From a virus (lineage: Duplodnaviria; Caudoviricetes): a stretch of 64,000 nt of DNA. Below the pieces are notes generated by a model that saw only the letters and a program-made list of their open reading frames with translations, had not been told where the DNA came from and made no database searches. The stretch lies in the IMG/VR virus record IMGVR_UViG_3300032331_000486, positions 1,022-65,021 of that record, one strand, 5' to 3'. Positions within the stretch are counted from its first letter, which is position 1, and each line of letters starts with the position of its first letter. Positions 20,709 to 31,700 of this stretch are shown here, in pieces. A program made the position numbers and the translations under genes.

Positions 20709-20736
20709 ATTATACATAAATATTTGAAGTTGGCAA
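20709..20736 (-). promoter_or_regulatory. Putative sigma70 promoter for the replication operon
   Basis: Minus strand TTGCCA-16 bp-TATAAT just upstream of the structured leader. Confidence 0.6.
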
Positions 20737-20920
20737 TGCGCTCACATAAAGCAGTGTTGTTCAACTTTTGTATTTGCACAACAAAAAGATACGGCGCTAA
20801 CCCGTATTACGCATTACCAACAAGGCTGGAGATTGCAAGGCTGGGCGACAAGAGCCAGCATTAAGACGCTCAATCTCCATGCGTGTTGATATGTATAGAA
20901 AACTCAAAAAACTATACATG

Positions 20921-20948
20921 AAAAAAGTGGGGATCCGTAGACCCCCAC
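20921..20948 (-). terminator. Putative intrinsic terminator
   Basis: GTGGGG/CCCCAC stem followed by U6 on the minus strand, downstream of the nuclease genes. Confidence 0.5.
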
Positions 20949-21001
20949 AAGCCATTAAAGGAAAGCATGAAACCGGCAACTGCGATCACCGGAAATTTAT
21001 T

Positions 21002-21436
21002 CTACCCTGTAATTTTTTTAAATTTATCTACATTTAACATGACACAAGGCTCTATGTCTTGCCAGTCATTCCTGTCTGTTCTCCCGCGTACAGATACGCT
21101 ATCGGGGGAAAACTTTGTCTCTTTCATTTGATACAGCCCCTCGGGCGCCTTCACAATCAAAATAAAAGGGATCAGGCTGGCCTCACAAAGTTGTTTGGCT
21201 GCAGCCCATTTGCCGACGCTCATCATGTAGCCGCCCATACTGCCAATACGCTCCATTGAGTATTTTCTGATTTTGAGCTCTGCATATGCTAAAGCCACAT
21301 CATTTCTGGAAATTACAAAATCTAGGTGGTATCTGATAGGAAGCTTTACAAACTTGCAGTTCCACTTATCTTCTAGCATTTTGGCAACATCTGCCTCTCC
21401 ATTTAGATCGGCGCTTGTTTCGTAGAGTGGCCTCAA
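21002..21436 (-). CDS. Putative PD-(D/E)XK nuclease
   Basis: YHLDFVI...AYAELKIR motif. Confidence 0.6.
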   Translation of the reverse strand: MRPLYETSADLNGEADVAKMLEDKWNCKFVKLPIRYHLDFVISRNDVALAYAELKIRKYSMERIGSMGGYMMSVGKWAAAKQLCEASLIPFILIVKAPEGLYQMKETKFSPDSVSVRGRTDRNDWQDIEPCVMLNVDKFKKITG

Positions 21437-21909
21437 GGTTTGTCTCCTTCTACCCCGTAATAAGCGATCAGAGCTGCATCAGCAAATGCCTGACCAGCGC
21501 CCTTTTTGTCTAACTCCCTCCAGTCAGGCCACATCTGTATAGCCCGCGATCTGGCTGCATCTTTGTCTGTACCGATAAGCCCAGCGCGCTTCTTCCATGC
21601 TTGAGGTGGAACAAGTTCCACTGGCATCTTGAACGCCCCCAATATGCCGGCGATTACTCCACAGGAATGCCCAAAACTAAACATCGATGAAACCCCTTGC
21701 CCCGGCATTGCCCCTACTTGTTCTACATAGACCTGTACAGGGACATAACTGGCTGAGTAAGGCCTGAGCATAGCCGCCAACGCGCTTGCGTTCACTCTGG
21801 AACTCTTACCAATCTTCATGATGGGCATACGAAATGCGTCCGATGGTTGGCCGTTGTAGAGCACCACGATAGCCCCTGAAACGCCGGGGTCGATACCTAT
21901 TTTTCGCAT
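21433..21909 (-). CDS. RuvC-like Holliday junction resolvase
   Basis: IGIDPGVSGA, VYVEQV, SMFSFG, VPPQAWK, ADAALIA; start MRKIGID at 21909. Confidence 0.85.
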   Translation of the reverse strand: MRKIGIDPGVSGAIVVLYNGQPSDAFRMPIMKIGKSSRVNASALAAMLRPYSASYVPVQVYVEQVGAMPGQGVSSMFSFGHSCGVIAGILGAFKMPVELVPPQAWKKRAGLIGTDKDAARSRAIQMWPDWRELDKKGAGQAFADAALIAYYGVEGDKP

Positions 21910-21935
21910 ACTTTTCCTTGGTAAATAAAAAAAAC

Positions 21936-21965
21936 TTGCAAGACATGAAAGAACATGGGTACAAT
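21936..21965 (+). promoter_or_regulatory. Putative promoter for the recombination operon
   Basis: TTGCAA-18 bp-TACAAT in the divergent gap; RBS AAGGAG before GTG 21997. Confidence 0.45.
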
Positions 21966-21996
21966 GTGTTGCCATTCTACATTAAAGGAGCAAATC

Positions 21997-22881
21997 GTGA
22001 TCATCACGAACAAGTTCAACCTACCGCAGACCTTTGTGAACATCATGAAGCGTCCTACCTACTCTAAGGGCAGAGCACACCTCTCAGCCACAGAGATCAT
22101 CAACAGCCCGCGTATTGTGCTCTTGCGTAAGAAGCATGAGGACAAGATCGAGAGCGACGTAACAGAGATGGTTTGGTCTATCTTTGGCACAGCGATCCAC
22201 GGCGTCCTCGAGCACGGCAAGGACGAGAACCACCTAGTCGAAGAGCGTATCAGCACAACGCTCGACGGCTGGAATATCTCGGGCGCGATTGACTTACAGA
22301 TCGTCAACGAAGACGGCTCTATCACCATCAATGACTACAAGACATGCGCCGCTTGGTCAGTTATGAATGAGAAGATTGACTGGGAGTACCAGCTCAACAT
22401 CTACGCATGGCTGGTTGAGAAGGTGAAACAAGTTCCAGTGACCAAGCTGGAGATCGTGGCCGTAATACGCGATTGGAGCCGTCGTGATGCGGCTACCAAG
22501 CAGAACTACCCAGACGCCCCGATCAAGGTCATACCGATCAATCTGTGGCCATTTGAGCAACGCGAGCAGTTCATCCAAGAAAGGATAACCCTCCACTCAA
22601 ACGCCCTGTTTGAATCGGAGACGGGGGAGGAGCTGCCACCCTGTACACCAGAAGAGATGTGGGAAAAGCAAACCACCTACGCCGTCAAGAAGAAGGGCGG
22701 AGTCAAGGCTAGGAACGTATGCCCCACAGAAGAAGAGGCCAACGCCAAGCTGGCTGAGTACGGCAAAGACTACGAGATAGAAGTGCGCCTTGGCGAGAGA
22801 ACCCGCTGTGCCAACTTTTGTTCAGTCAAAACATTTTGTTCACAGTGGGAGGAATATGTTCTTCAACAACAGCAAGGCTAA
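21997..22881 (+). CDS. PD-(D/E)XK (Cas4/RecB-like) exonuclease
   Basis: GTAIHGVLE, ISGAID, DYKT, QLNIY, C-terminal Cys cluster RCANFCSVKTFC. Confidence 0.85.
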   Translation: MIITNKFNLPQTFVNIMKRPTYSKGRAHLSATEIINSPRIVLLRKKHEDKIESDVTEMVWSIFGTAIHGVLEHGKDENHLVEERISTTLDGWNISGAIDLQIVNEDGSITINDYKTCAAWSVMNEKIDWEYQLNIYAWLVEKVKQVPVTKLEIVAVIRDWSRRDAATKQNYPDAPIKVIPINLWPFEQREQFIQERITLHSNALFESETGEELPPCTPEEMWEKQTTYAVKKKGGVKARNVCPTEEEANAKLAEYGKDYEIEVRLGERTRCANFCSVKTFCSQWEEYVLQQQQG

Positions 22882-23016
22882 CTGCCAAAAGATATGGAGG
22901 CTCCATGGATGGGTGCCTCCGACAGAGTACAGAACAGACTATCTGTTCTTACACAGGTGGGGTACCAAACTAGATGGCACCCCGAAACGTAAAACTGGCC
23001 CTAAAGGAAAGAGATC

Positions 23017-23316
23017 ATGAACTTTAACCTAACCATACAGTCGGAAGACTTACCCTTCATCATCGAGGCAATCAAGCTACGCACCATGTCTTTGATTAGC
23101 AACTTGGAAATGCAAGTTCGCGATATCAAACAAGCGCGTCAAGCTATTGAAAAAGCTCAGGCAACCCCGACAGAGGTTGTAAAAGAAGCTATCAAGGAAA
23201 AAGTTATTCCGGAATTCACTCCGGTTAGAAAAGCCCCATTTGGCTACAAGAAAGACGGCACACCTAGAAAGCGCGCTGGACGCCCGCCAAACAACATGTT
23301 TAACTTACCCTTCTGA
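23017..23316 (+). CDS. Hypothetical protein with basic KKDGTPRKRAGRP tail
   Basis: 99-aa ORF with an AT-hook-like GRP. Confidence 0.6.
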   Translation: MNFNLTIQSEDLPFIIEAIKLRTMSLISNLEMQVRDIKQARQAIEKAQATPTEVVKEAIKEKVIPEFTPVRKAPFGYKKDGTPRKRAGRPPNNMFNLPF

Positions 23317-23523
23317 TGGAAGTTAGACAGATGCGACCAGACTACACCATGAAGTTTACTAACCCAGAGGGACAGATCATTGGGACATTGGACTTCAATG
23401 GCTGGGTCATGACGTTTGATGGCGCTGCAGAAGAGAGCGCTATCAATTTCTTCCACCTAGTCTCGCAGATGTTCTCGAAGCGTCTGGACGAGGAATATCA
23501 ACGCGGTCTAACAGAAAGAAAAC

Positions 23524-24204
23524 ATGACAGTATTTAGAAAACTCCAAGCCGTGAGACATGAGCTGGTCAACTCGGGAATCAAGAAGACTGGCCACAACGC
23601 ATTTGGCGGTTGGAACTATTACGAGCTGGGCGACTTCATCCCTACAGCCCACAAGCTGTTCGATGCAGTAGGCCTGTGCGGTGTTGTTCGGTTTAGCGAT
23701 ATCGCAAGCCTGACAATCTACGATACAGATGACGGCTCATCCGTTGTCTTTACAAGCCCCATCGTCTATGCAGAAGCGGCAAAAGGCCAGCCCATCCAGC
23801 TCCTCGGTAGCACACACACCTACATTCGGAGGTACCTCTGGTTGCTGGCGCTCGAGCTCGTCGAAGCCGATTCAGTGGACGCTGAGAAGCAAGTAGAGAA
23901 AAAGGAAACGATCAAGATCGATCCACCTAAGCCAAAGCAAAAGCCTTTGCCTATCCCACCACCATTCAAGAACGACATGGTTCAGTGGGAGATCAAAGTA
24001 ACTGAAAGCACCGAAGCCAACTGGGGCGACATCGTTATGGATGCAGCCAAGGTTTGCTTGGAGCTAACCAAATCGGCTGAAGATGTGCAGAACATTTTCA
24101 AGACGAACCGAACTCTCTTTGACAAACTCAAAGTTGAGCACCCCGAGCAGTACGACGAATTGCTCGACCTGTTTAAAAAAGAAAAACTGTCCTTTAAGGA
24201 GTAA
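23524..24204 (+). CDS. ERF-family single-strand annealing protein
   Basis: KKTGHNAF..WNYYEL.D, QLLGSTHTYIRRYL. Confidence 0.85.
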   Translation: MTVFRKLQAVRHELVNSGIKKTGHNAFGGWNYYELGDFIPTAHKLFDAVGLCGVVRFSDIASLTIYDTDDGSSVVFTSPIVYAEAAKGQPIQLLGSTHTYIRRYLWLLALELVEADSVDAEKQVEKKETIKIDPPKPKQKPLPIPPPFKNDMVQWEIKVTESTEANWGDIVMDAAKVCLELTKSAEDVQNIFKTNRTLFDKLKVEHPEQYDELLDLFKKEKLSFKE

Positions 24205-24207
24205 ACC

Positions 24208-24468
24208 ATGGACTATCCAAATCGCGGCACCTTGTGGATGAACAAGTACAAGAAGAAAGATATTCAGCCTGACATGACGGGCGATATCAAGATCGAGCTT
24301 GAGCTGATGAAGCAACTCATAGCTAGCGCTGAGTCTGATCACGTTGTCATTAAGCTTGATGCTTGGGTCAGCCGTGACAAAGACGGCAACCGCAAGGTTG
24401 GCTTGAAGATCAACACCTACAAGAAAGAAGAAGGATCAACTGCAGGAAAGGATCCTTGGGATGACTGA
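24208..24468 (+). CDS. Putative SSB-like small protein
   Basis: GTLWMN...PDMTGDI...AW...; acidic DPWDD tail; follows ERF. Confidence 0.55.
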   Translation: MDYPNRGTLWMNKYKKKDIQPDMTGDIKIELELMKQLIASAESDHVVIKLDAWVSRDKDGNRKVGLKINTYKKEEGSTAGKDPWDD

Positions 24469-24886
24469 TAACACCATTCAGTTTGAAGGTGTCAAGATGG
24501 GTTTGAAACAATCCAAGGACGGCTATGTGCTGACCTTGGCTGTTCACCCAGATGAGCTACCAGACGCGATGATGCGAGACTTTGTTGGCTCGCGTTACGT
24601 TGTCGTGATGGTTCGTCTGGGTGACGATGAGCAACCCATGACCCGAGAGAACGAGTTCCCCGGAGATCACGCCGTTAAGATGGCCGGTATCCTTTGCCGA
24701 GATCCTGAGTTCTGGGACTGGCTACACGCCAAGGAGTGGCTCATGGAGAAGAACGAGAAGGCTTGTTCTGAGTGGATTTACTCCTACATTGGTATTGAGT
24801 CCCGCAAGGAGCTCAAGACCAATCAAGAGGCGCGCGAGTTATTTAACAGACTAAAAGCCAGTTTCGAGGCTTGGAGAAACCAATGA
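24461..24886 (+). CDS. Hypothetical phage protein
   Basis: 141 aa, AGILCRDPEFW...GIESRKEL. Confidence 0.65.
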   Translation: MTDNTIQFEGVKMGLKQSKDGYVLTLAVHPDELPDAMMRDFVGSRYVVVMVRLGDDEQPMTRENEFPGDHAVKMAGILCRDPEFWDWLHAKEWLMEKNEKACSEWIYSYIGIESRKELKTNQEARELFNRLKASFEAWRNQ

Positions 24887-25347
24887 AAAACCTAGTACCC
24901 TATAGCGTGTACTTGCCAGTTGAGTACTACGACAAAATTAAAGAGCTGGCTAAAGAACGAAAGGCTTCTAGCACTGTTAGAGACGCCATTTGTATGATCT
25001 TGGACGGCGATGACAAATTCCAAGCTGGCTATAACAAAGCCATCAAGGACGCCATAAAAGAGATTGACGCCATTAAGGAGATCGAGCATATTGCCATACG
25101 CGGGAAGTACTTAAACGACCTGTTGGCAACTCAGCTCAAACAATTGGGGGCATAGATGCCAGACCACGACCAAAACCTACGGGATTTGGCCGCCATGTTC
25201 GCCATGGTTGGCCTTATTCAAAAGAACTCAGATCCTTTTGAGGTTACGAAAGATGCTTTTATTTACGCCGATCACTACATGGACGCACGAAAACAAGATG
25301 AGGAGGGAATCGTTGCCATCCCAAAACGAAGAAAAGCCGACGTTTAG
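24883..25347 (+). CDS. Two small genes (24883-25155, possible ribbon-helix-helix protein; 25156-25347)
   Basis: YSVYLPVEYYDKIKELA pattern; coupled ORFs. Confidence 0.55.
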
Positions 25348-25472
25348 GGTGTATGGAAAAAGGTTCTGCGCCACCTGCGGGTACTCCAAGAACTTGGATA
25401 CTGGCAGGGTCGTAGATTACAGAACAGACCGATGGGTTTGTTTCCCATGTTTAGAGAATCCACCACCCAAAG

Positions 25473-25760
25473 ATGTATCGGAACAAGAAACTGACTGACG
25501 CTGCCCGCTTGCTACCTTGCCAACACTGTGGAACAAGTGACGGCACTGTAGTAGCGGCGCACTCCAACCAGCTGCGCGACGGCAAAGGACGAGGGCTCAA
25601 GGCTCACGACTACCGAATCGCATCTTTATGCTACAAGTGCCACGCTGATCTAGACCAAGGCGCTAGACTGAATAAAGTCCAGAGAGTTGAAATGTGGGAA
25701 GACGCCCATCGCAAAACGATAGGCCTCTTCTTTGAGATGGGGATTATTGGGCCGCTTTAA
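25473..25760 (+). CDS. DUF1364/YbcO-like Zn-binding HNH-like protein
   Basis: PCQHCG, VVAAHSN, GRGLKAHD, LCYKCH. Confidence 0.75.
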   Translation: MYRNKKLTDAARLLPCQHCGTSDGTVVAAHSNQLRDGKGRGLKAHDYRIASLCYKCHADLDQGARLNKVQRVEMWEDAHRKTIGLFFEMGIIGPL

Positions 25761-28700
25761 CTTGCTCGTTGAATTTCTTCATCATTGCAACCTTACGATC
25801 CTTCATCTTCTGTATTGTTTCATCAGGCCGATCTCTCTCTTGAGCAACCTTTATTTGCTTGTTTATTTGAGAGATCTGGTTCTCTAAGTAGTTAGCCCTG
25901 TTGTAGTATCTCCACTCTGGATGCTCAGACTTGTAGTCAGCAGTAGGCTCCTTGTTCTTGATCAGGCTTTTGATCTCATTCTCATGCTTTGCCAAACGGG
26001 TTACGTTGTCATAGAAGTTAGCTGAGATTGCAGCAGGAGAACCAGTCTCTCCCAAGAACTTACCGACGATTGGCACTCTGTACGTTGGCACCTCCTCTGT
26101 AGTACCTTCAGCAATTGCGCCAATATACTGAGCCCCTTTCATGATTTCACGACCAACACCGCCCGTTGCTTGTCCAATCAGATAATCAATCTCATCAGCG
26201 GTATAGTCTATAGATCCCTTGGTGTATTTAGTTCCAGCTGGAGACGATACATAGTTTAAGAACTCAGATATGAACTGACTTATTGCGCTTGCACTTTCGC
26301 GTGAACGCATGTAGCCCGGAGTTGGATTGGTAGCGCGATCCTCTTTGTAGATCGGACGTCCAAACGCATCCTTGTTTGCAGCAATTGCGGCAAAAGGATC
26401 TGCAACAGTAGGCATAGCCATCTGCCACAAGCTTCCAGAACCAAACGGGTTGAACGCTTCTACAGTCATCGACATGATATCGACCACTACGTCAGAAGCA
26501 CCCTTCTTACTGCTGATGACGCCGTTTTGAGCCAGTATGTACTCAGTGATCAGGCGGCCAAGTCCGGGGAATATGCTGTAGCCCAAAGGCATTGGGAACA
26601 CTTTGTATGTGCCGTCGCCAGTTAAGCTAGGAAAGATGAAGTTCTTTGCTTTGATGAACTCAGGAGGATCATCGTCATCAAACCCAGCCATGGCCATAGC
26701 CAACGCTTGAGCAATACCGACCACTACACCACCGACCATGATCTTGCGACCAGCTGGGCCAGCGAGAGTGCGGCCAACTTTCAATCCACCCTGTACAGAA
26801 GCATTAAAAAATGCATACAGAACTTGAATCCACTTGCTGGCTGCACCCTTGCGGTTAAAGTTAACAGTCAGGTCTTTGGCAATAGCCGCGCCTTCTTGCT
26901 CACTTAAACCTAAACCACCATCTGCAACAGACTTAGTTGCAATATCAAAAGCAGCCAGACGGACGGCGTTTTCCATGGTGTCGTTGTAGTCTGACAACCA
27001 ACCAAATATGCTATCAGCAATCTGTCTGGCGTTACCACGATCAAGCTTGGCAAGCTCTCTCTCAACAATGGTTAACTTGTTTTGGCCTTTACTGAACTGT
27101 TCTTTAAAGCCAGTCTTACCACCAGCTAGTCTGTATCTGTTGTAGGCATCAACCCAGTATGAGCTGACAGCCTTGCCCTTACGGGTAGCGCGCAACTCCC
27201 TGTATATGGCGGCCATGGCAGGCATAGTGTTTAAAAGCACCTGCGCTTGTTTTCCAGCAAGGGGCGTGTTTGTCAGGTTAATCGTGGCAGAACCAACGTC
27301 GCGTAAGAAGTTCCACGCGCCGAACACTGGGTTGTACTGAGTGTTAACCGCCGCCATCCAACGAGTTGCGCTGCCAACTATTCCCAGAACCATGGCAAGC
27401 TTTTCAGATTCTAAGTTCTTCAATGTCTCAGCCATACGCAAAGCGCGTGGATCATTACCATTAAAGAAGACATACCAATCTTTTCCGTTGACGCGAACAG
27501 CCACTACATTTTTACTGTCGCGCAGTGTTGGGTTGACCTTGTATCGGACTAACCCAGTTTTAGGATCAATGCTCGGACTCTTAGGCTCTTGGAATAAGTT
27601 CTGTGCATCCGTGGGGTTTAGACCAAGCCTGATCAGCTCATCTTCAAGCTTCTTCTTGTTCTTGATAGCGTCAGGGTTGACGGCCATCCAAAATCCGGGG
27701 TTTGGATTTTTAATAACCAGACCAATTAAAGCTTTACCAACCCGCGCAGCTTCTGAATTAATAATGGCTTTCTCGCGTTGGACGGCAATGTTGGAAACAA
27801 TATCAACAACATCTTTCAACGAGCCCATGGCTCTTTTACTAAACGGGCCTTTGGTCTGAATGCCTTTGGCTACTCCGCTACCAGTGTTGACATAGTCCAA
27901 GTCTGCGCGCTTTAAAGGAACATAGTTGGGGTATGTTTGATTCCAAATGTCAATAGTTTCTTGAGTCTCTAGACCGCCCTCTACTGCAACTTCCTGAGTC
28001 CTTCTTACGATAGCGTCAACTTCTTTAGCCAGTGCCTCGAACTTATCCTTCTGGTCTTGGGTTAAGTTGTTCAGGTATGCGTTTGCATCATCGGTAAAAA
28101 TGCCAGATCCAGCATCCGGCATGGTTAGATTGATTTTGGCAATCTGAATGTTGTACTCTTCAGCGTGGCGGTTATGGAGGTACTCCTCCAGCTCGGCCAG
28201 CGTGACTTTCTTCTCGCGCATATCTTTCAAGATAGGCAGAAGTTCTTTGTTCAGGAAATCCTGTATGGCCTCTGACGCCCTACCATGCATCAACGTCTCT
28301 TTTGTATAGGCGTCGAAGTTCTCCTGAATTGTTCCAGCGCCTTTCTCAATCTCACGAATAACGTGCTTGAGGTCAACAAACTTGTCAGCCAACTGATACT
28401 CAATGTTTGTCATGGTTGTTGAGTCTGGCGATGACCACTGAGCTACTGGAGCTGGGCCGCCTTGGTAGTTCCTAGAGAAGAATGGCTCTGGAGTTCCAAA
28501 CAACTTAGGTGCAGAGTCTGCTGCAGCTGCAAACTTCTCTGCGTTCTTGAGCAAAGCCAAGATGTCGCTGTCAGAGAACTTGATTGTGAAGCCAGCATCT
28601 CTGAGCCATCTACGCACAGCTTGGATCACACGTTGTACCAAACCACCATAGAGCCCGCGCTCTGCCATGATGGCCACGATTTCTTTAGCACGACGCTCGT

Positions 28701-31700
28701 CAGACAGGCCGGGTTGTGTGCGGTCTACTTGAGCTGCAATGTCTTTAACAAGCTTAGAAGTCTCTTCTAGCGTCAAGACGTTTTTAACCAAAGCGCCCAT
28801 CAACTGCTTGCCAAGCATTGCTTCCAACGCGGCGTGACCGATAGCCTCATGCGCCAACACTTCCTGAACACGCTGGGCGTTAGGTAGGTTGTCAGCTACG
28901 AGGTAGACAGTATTGCCTGAGTACCACACACCCTCAACATCAGAAGGCGCGCACTGGTCTGGCAGATCATCAGAAGATTGAACGACGTTAACCCTGATAC
29001 CTTTGATCGGTACGATTTGAGACTGAACATCTTTAACGCTCTGGCCGCCCTCGGCAACCTTACGAGAGAACATGCCCTTCTTAGATTCGCTGTCGTCAAA
29101 CTCAACTTTCATCACCTCGCGGGCAAGTTGACCGGCGTCAGCTTCCACAGTCGCTGGGTAACTCTTATGCAACTGCTTGATGAGTGAAATGATTTTTTCA
29201 AAGTTTGCTATATACGATCCGCGAGACATCTCATAGCGCCCACCCTGCTTAGCCATGGAAATGTCTTTGATAGACGTAACAAACTTCTTAGGCGCGTCAC
29301 CAGATATAGATAACCTAAAGCCAAGAGGCCTGTAGCTATCCAGACTCAACGTCCACAGGTTTTGTGTGCCACGAATAATGACGTTGGTGTAAGTACTCTT
29401 TTGAAGATCGGTAAACGTCTGGAAGTCAGGCAGGTTTGGCAACAAAAGTGGTTGCAGCATATCTGCCAAGTTTTTGTACTCTTCAACTTGAGTACCTTCG
29501 TACTTGTTTTGCAAAATCTTTTGCCAAGCAGCCAATGTATATTGCACGGCAGCATTAGGATTACGCAGGCGTACAGGCTGTGCGCTGATAGCCACAGGCT
29601 CATACTTGGCAGGCATGATCACACCAGAGACTGGCTCTGTCTGATTCATGATGGTGAACTTAGCAATCTCACCGCCGTCTTTGTCAAACAGCTGCGCCGC
29701 TCTTAGGATATTTCCAAGAGCAACATAACGTGTAGTACGTCCACCAGTTACTGACTTCAAAGCAAACCACTGATCCAATGGAGGATTGCGCCATGAGGAG
29801 CTCTGGTCAATGCTTGGGCCTTCCAAGGTAGCCAAGGTAGGAGCAACCCTTCCCTCTGGAATGTTGCGCTTAAAGATGACTTGGAAGTTAGATGGTGAGT
29901 ATGGGTTACCAGTCTTGGACTTTCCAATCCTAGCTTTGTCAACTTTGATACCAATTACAACCGCGCTTGCTGGAACATTATTTAGCATGAAAGACTCAAA
30001 GCCAGTGCCAATTGCGTACTGATTTCTCAAGGCGTTTAGAGTTTTTTCTCTGCGATTACCAAGAGTAGCAAAATCCGCATCCAATGCTTCTTTTCGCTTG
30101 GTTGCTACTTGAATATCTTTTTCGGTAGCGTTAGGTGCAGCAATTTCTGCGGCCAAAGCTTGCTGTTTTAAGATAATTTGGTTTCTTGCTTCAACAAAGA
30201 TTGTATTGAGATCGGTGTCAATCTCTTCTACAACCTGCTGGGCAGTACGGCCGTTCAAGGCTTGGGCAATGTCGTCCAGAATGTTTTGCTGGGTGGGTAT
30301 TGAGCCAATAACGTCCACATTAAACTGAGCCATTACCACATCAGTCAGGAATGGGTTGTTGCTGTCCAAGCCTTCCTCGATAAGGTTTTCTTTAATCATC
30401 TCGGCATTGAGCGGGAGAACGCGGCGCTCTAGGGCATTGGTGCCTGTAGAGTTACGCAGCTCAATATTGGCCAAGTAACTAGCCTCGATAGAGTCAAAGA
30501 ACTCCTGTTGATCTGCGGAAGATAAAAGTCCAGCTGTTCCAGATGCTTTGTGTGCCAAGTCTGTGCCGGCAGCCTCTTCAGGATCATTAAATGATTGCTG
30601 TCCTAAGAACGCACGAATATCAGCGTGTTCGTTCAGGTACTCAGCAGTAGCGACGTCACCATATCTATTGATAAAGTCAACGCCACCAACTTGAGTACTA
30701 TTAGATCCACCAGATGTGTTGGACTTCAAACTAGCCAGCTTCTTTTTAAGCATGGCTGAAATGCGTCTTTCAGCTGGGATGCTAGTAGCCAGCATGGTGA
30801 ACGATGGCCACTCGACCTGACCAGTGCGGTGGATACGACCCAGCAGCTGGATGAAGACGCTGATGTCTCCATGAGGCTGAAGCACAATCATATGGCGTGG
30901 GCGCTGATCAAAAGCCTCAGTAGATGCATGTAACGAGATACCAGTTGCACCAGCAGAGTTAATGATCAATACATCGATTGGCCCGTTTTCAGATTCTTCC
31001 CCGTTTTGGAATGAAGAAATCATTTCAGTACGCTCTGGATTGTTTAGAGACATGTACTTTGGTTTATCACCGTTGTAATTTACAGCCGTGCTACGACCAG
31101 TAATTTCTCTCACTACCAAGCGTCTTGCTTTAACTCCGGGTGGAGGCTCGTTGCCAACATGTGTTTTTTCGCCAATTGTCCAAACGTACTTGTTCTCAAG
31201 CTCGGTACGCATGTAGTCAATTGGAGCTACAGGCAGATCAGATTGGAAGTCTTTGATCATGTCTGCCAAGTTGTCGTAGCCAGCCCTGATTGATGGAGGC
31301 ATCATGGAGTATGGAATCTCAACTTTGATGTTGTCCTTTTCATTTCCAGTGGCGGACTTCAGTGTGATTTTTCTAGTCGAGTCAATGGCGCGCTGCAAAA
31401 GAGTCTGCCAACCAAAGTTAGGAATCTCATCGCCAATCTTGATGCCGTTCTTTTCAACAAAGTCATCTAACGCACTGCCGTTTGTGTTTTGCAAGCCAAC
31501 AACAACCTTTTCGCCGTTGTTCATCTTGTCCACGACCATGTCTACGGCAGTTTGAGTTTTGGTAGAAAGCAGCAAAGTTCCAATGTAGTTGTGGACTACA
31601 GAAGTAAATGGATTGCCTTTGGCTTCATTGAAGGCAGTTGGGCCTTCTTTACCAAACATAGAGCCGGGAGGGCCAAGTGTGTTAATAATTTCAACTTGAG

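Noticed and set aside
20440-21000. Possible tRNA in the structured gap
   Set aside because: No cloverleaf with a T-loop GTTCRA and D-loop consensus found
21997-22881. Cas4-like nuclease as a sign of CRISPR-Cas
   Set aside because: No array or other cas genes; sits with ERF and SSB-like genes as a recombination exonuclease
24304-24330. Another CTGATGA hammerhead-like core
   Set aside because: No GAAA or stem III at the required spacing; lies inside a gene
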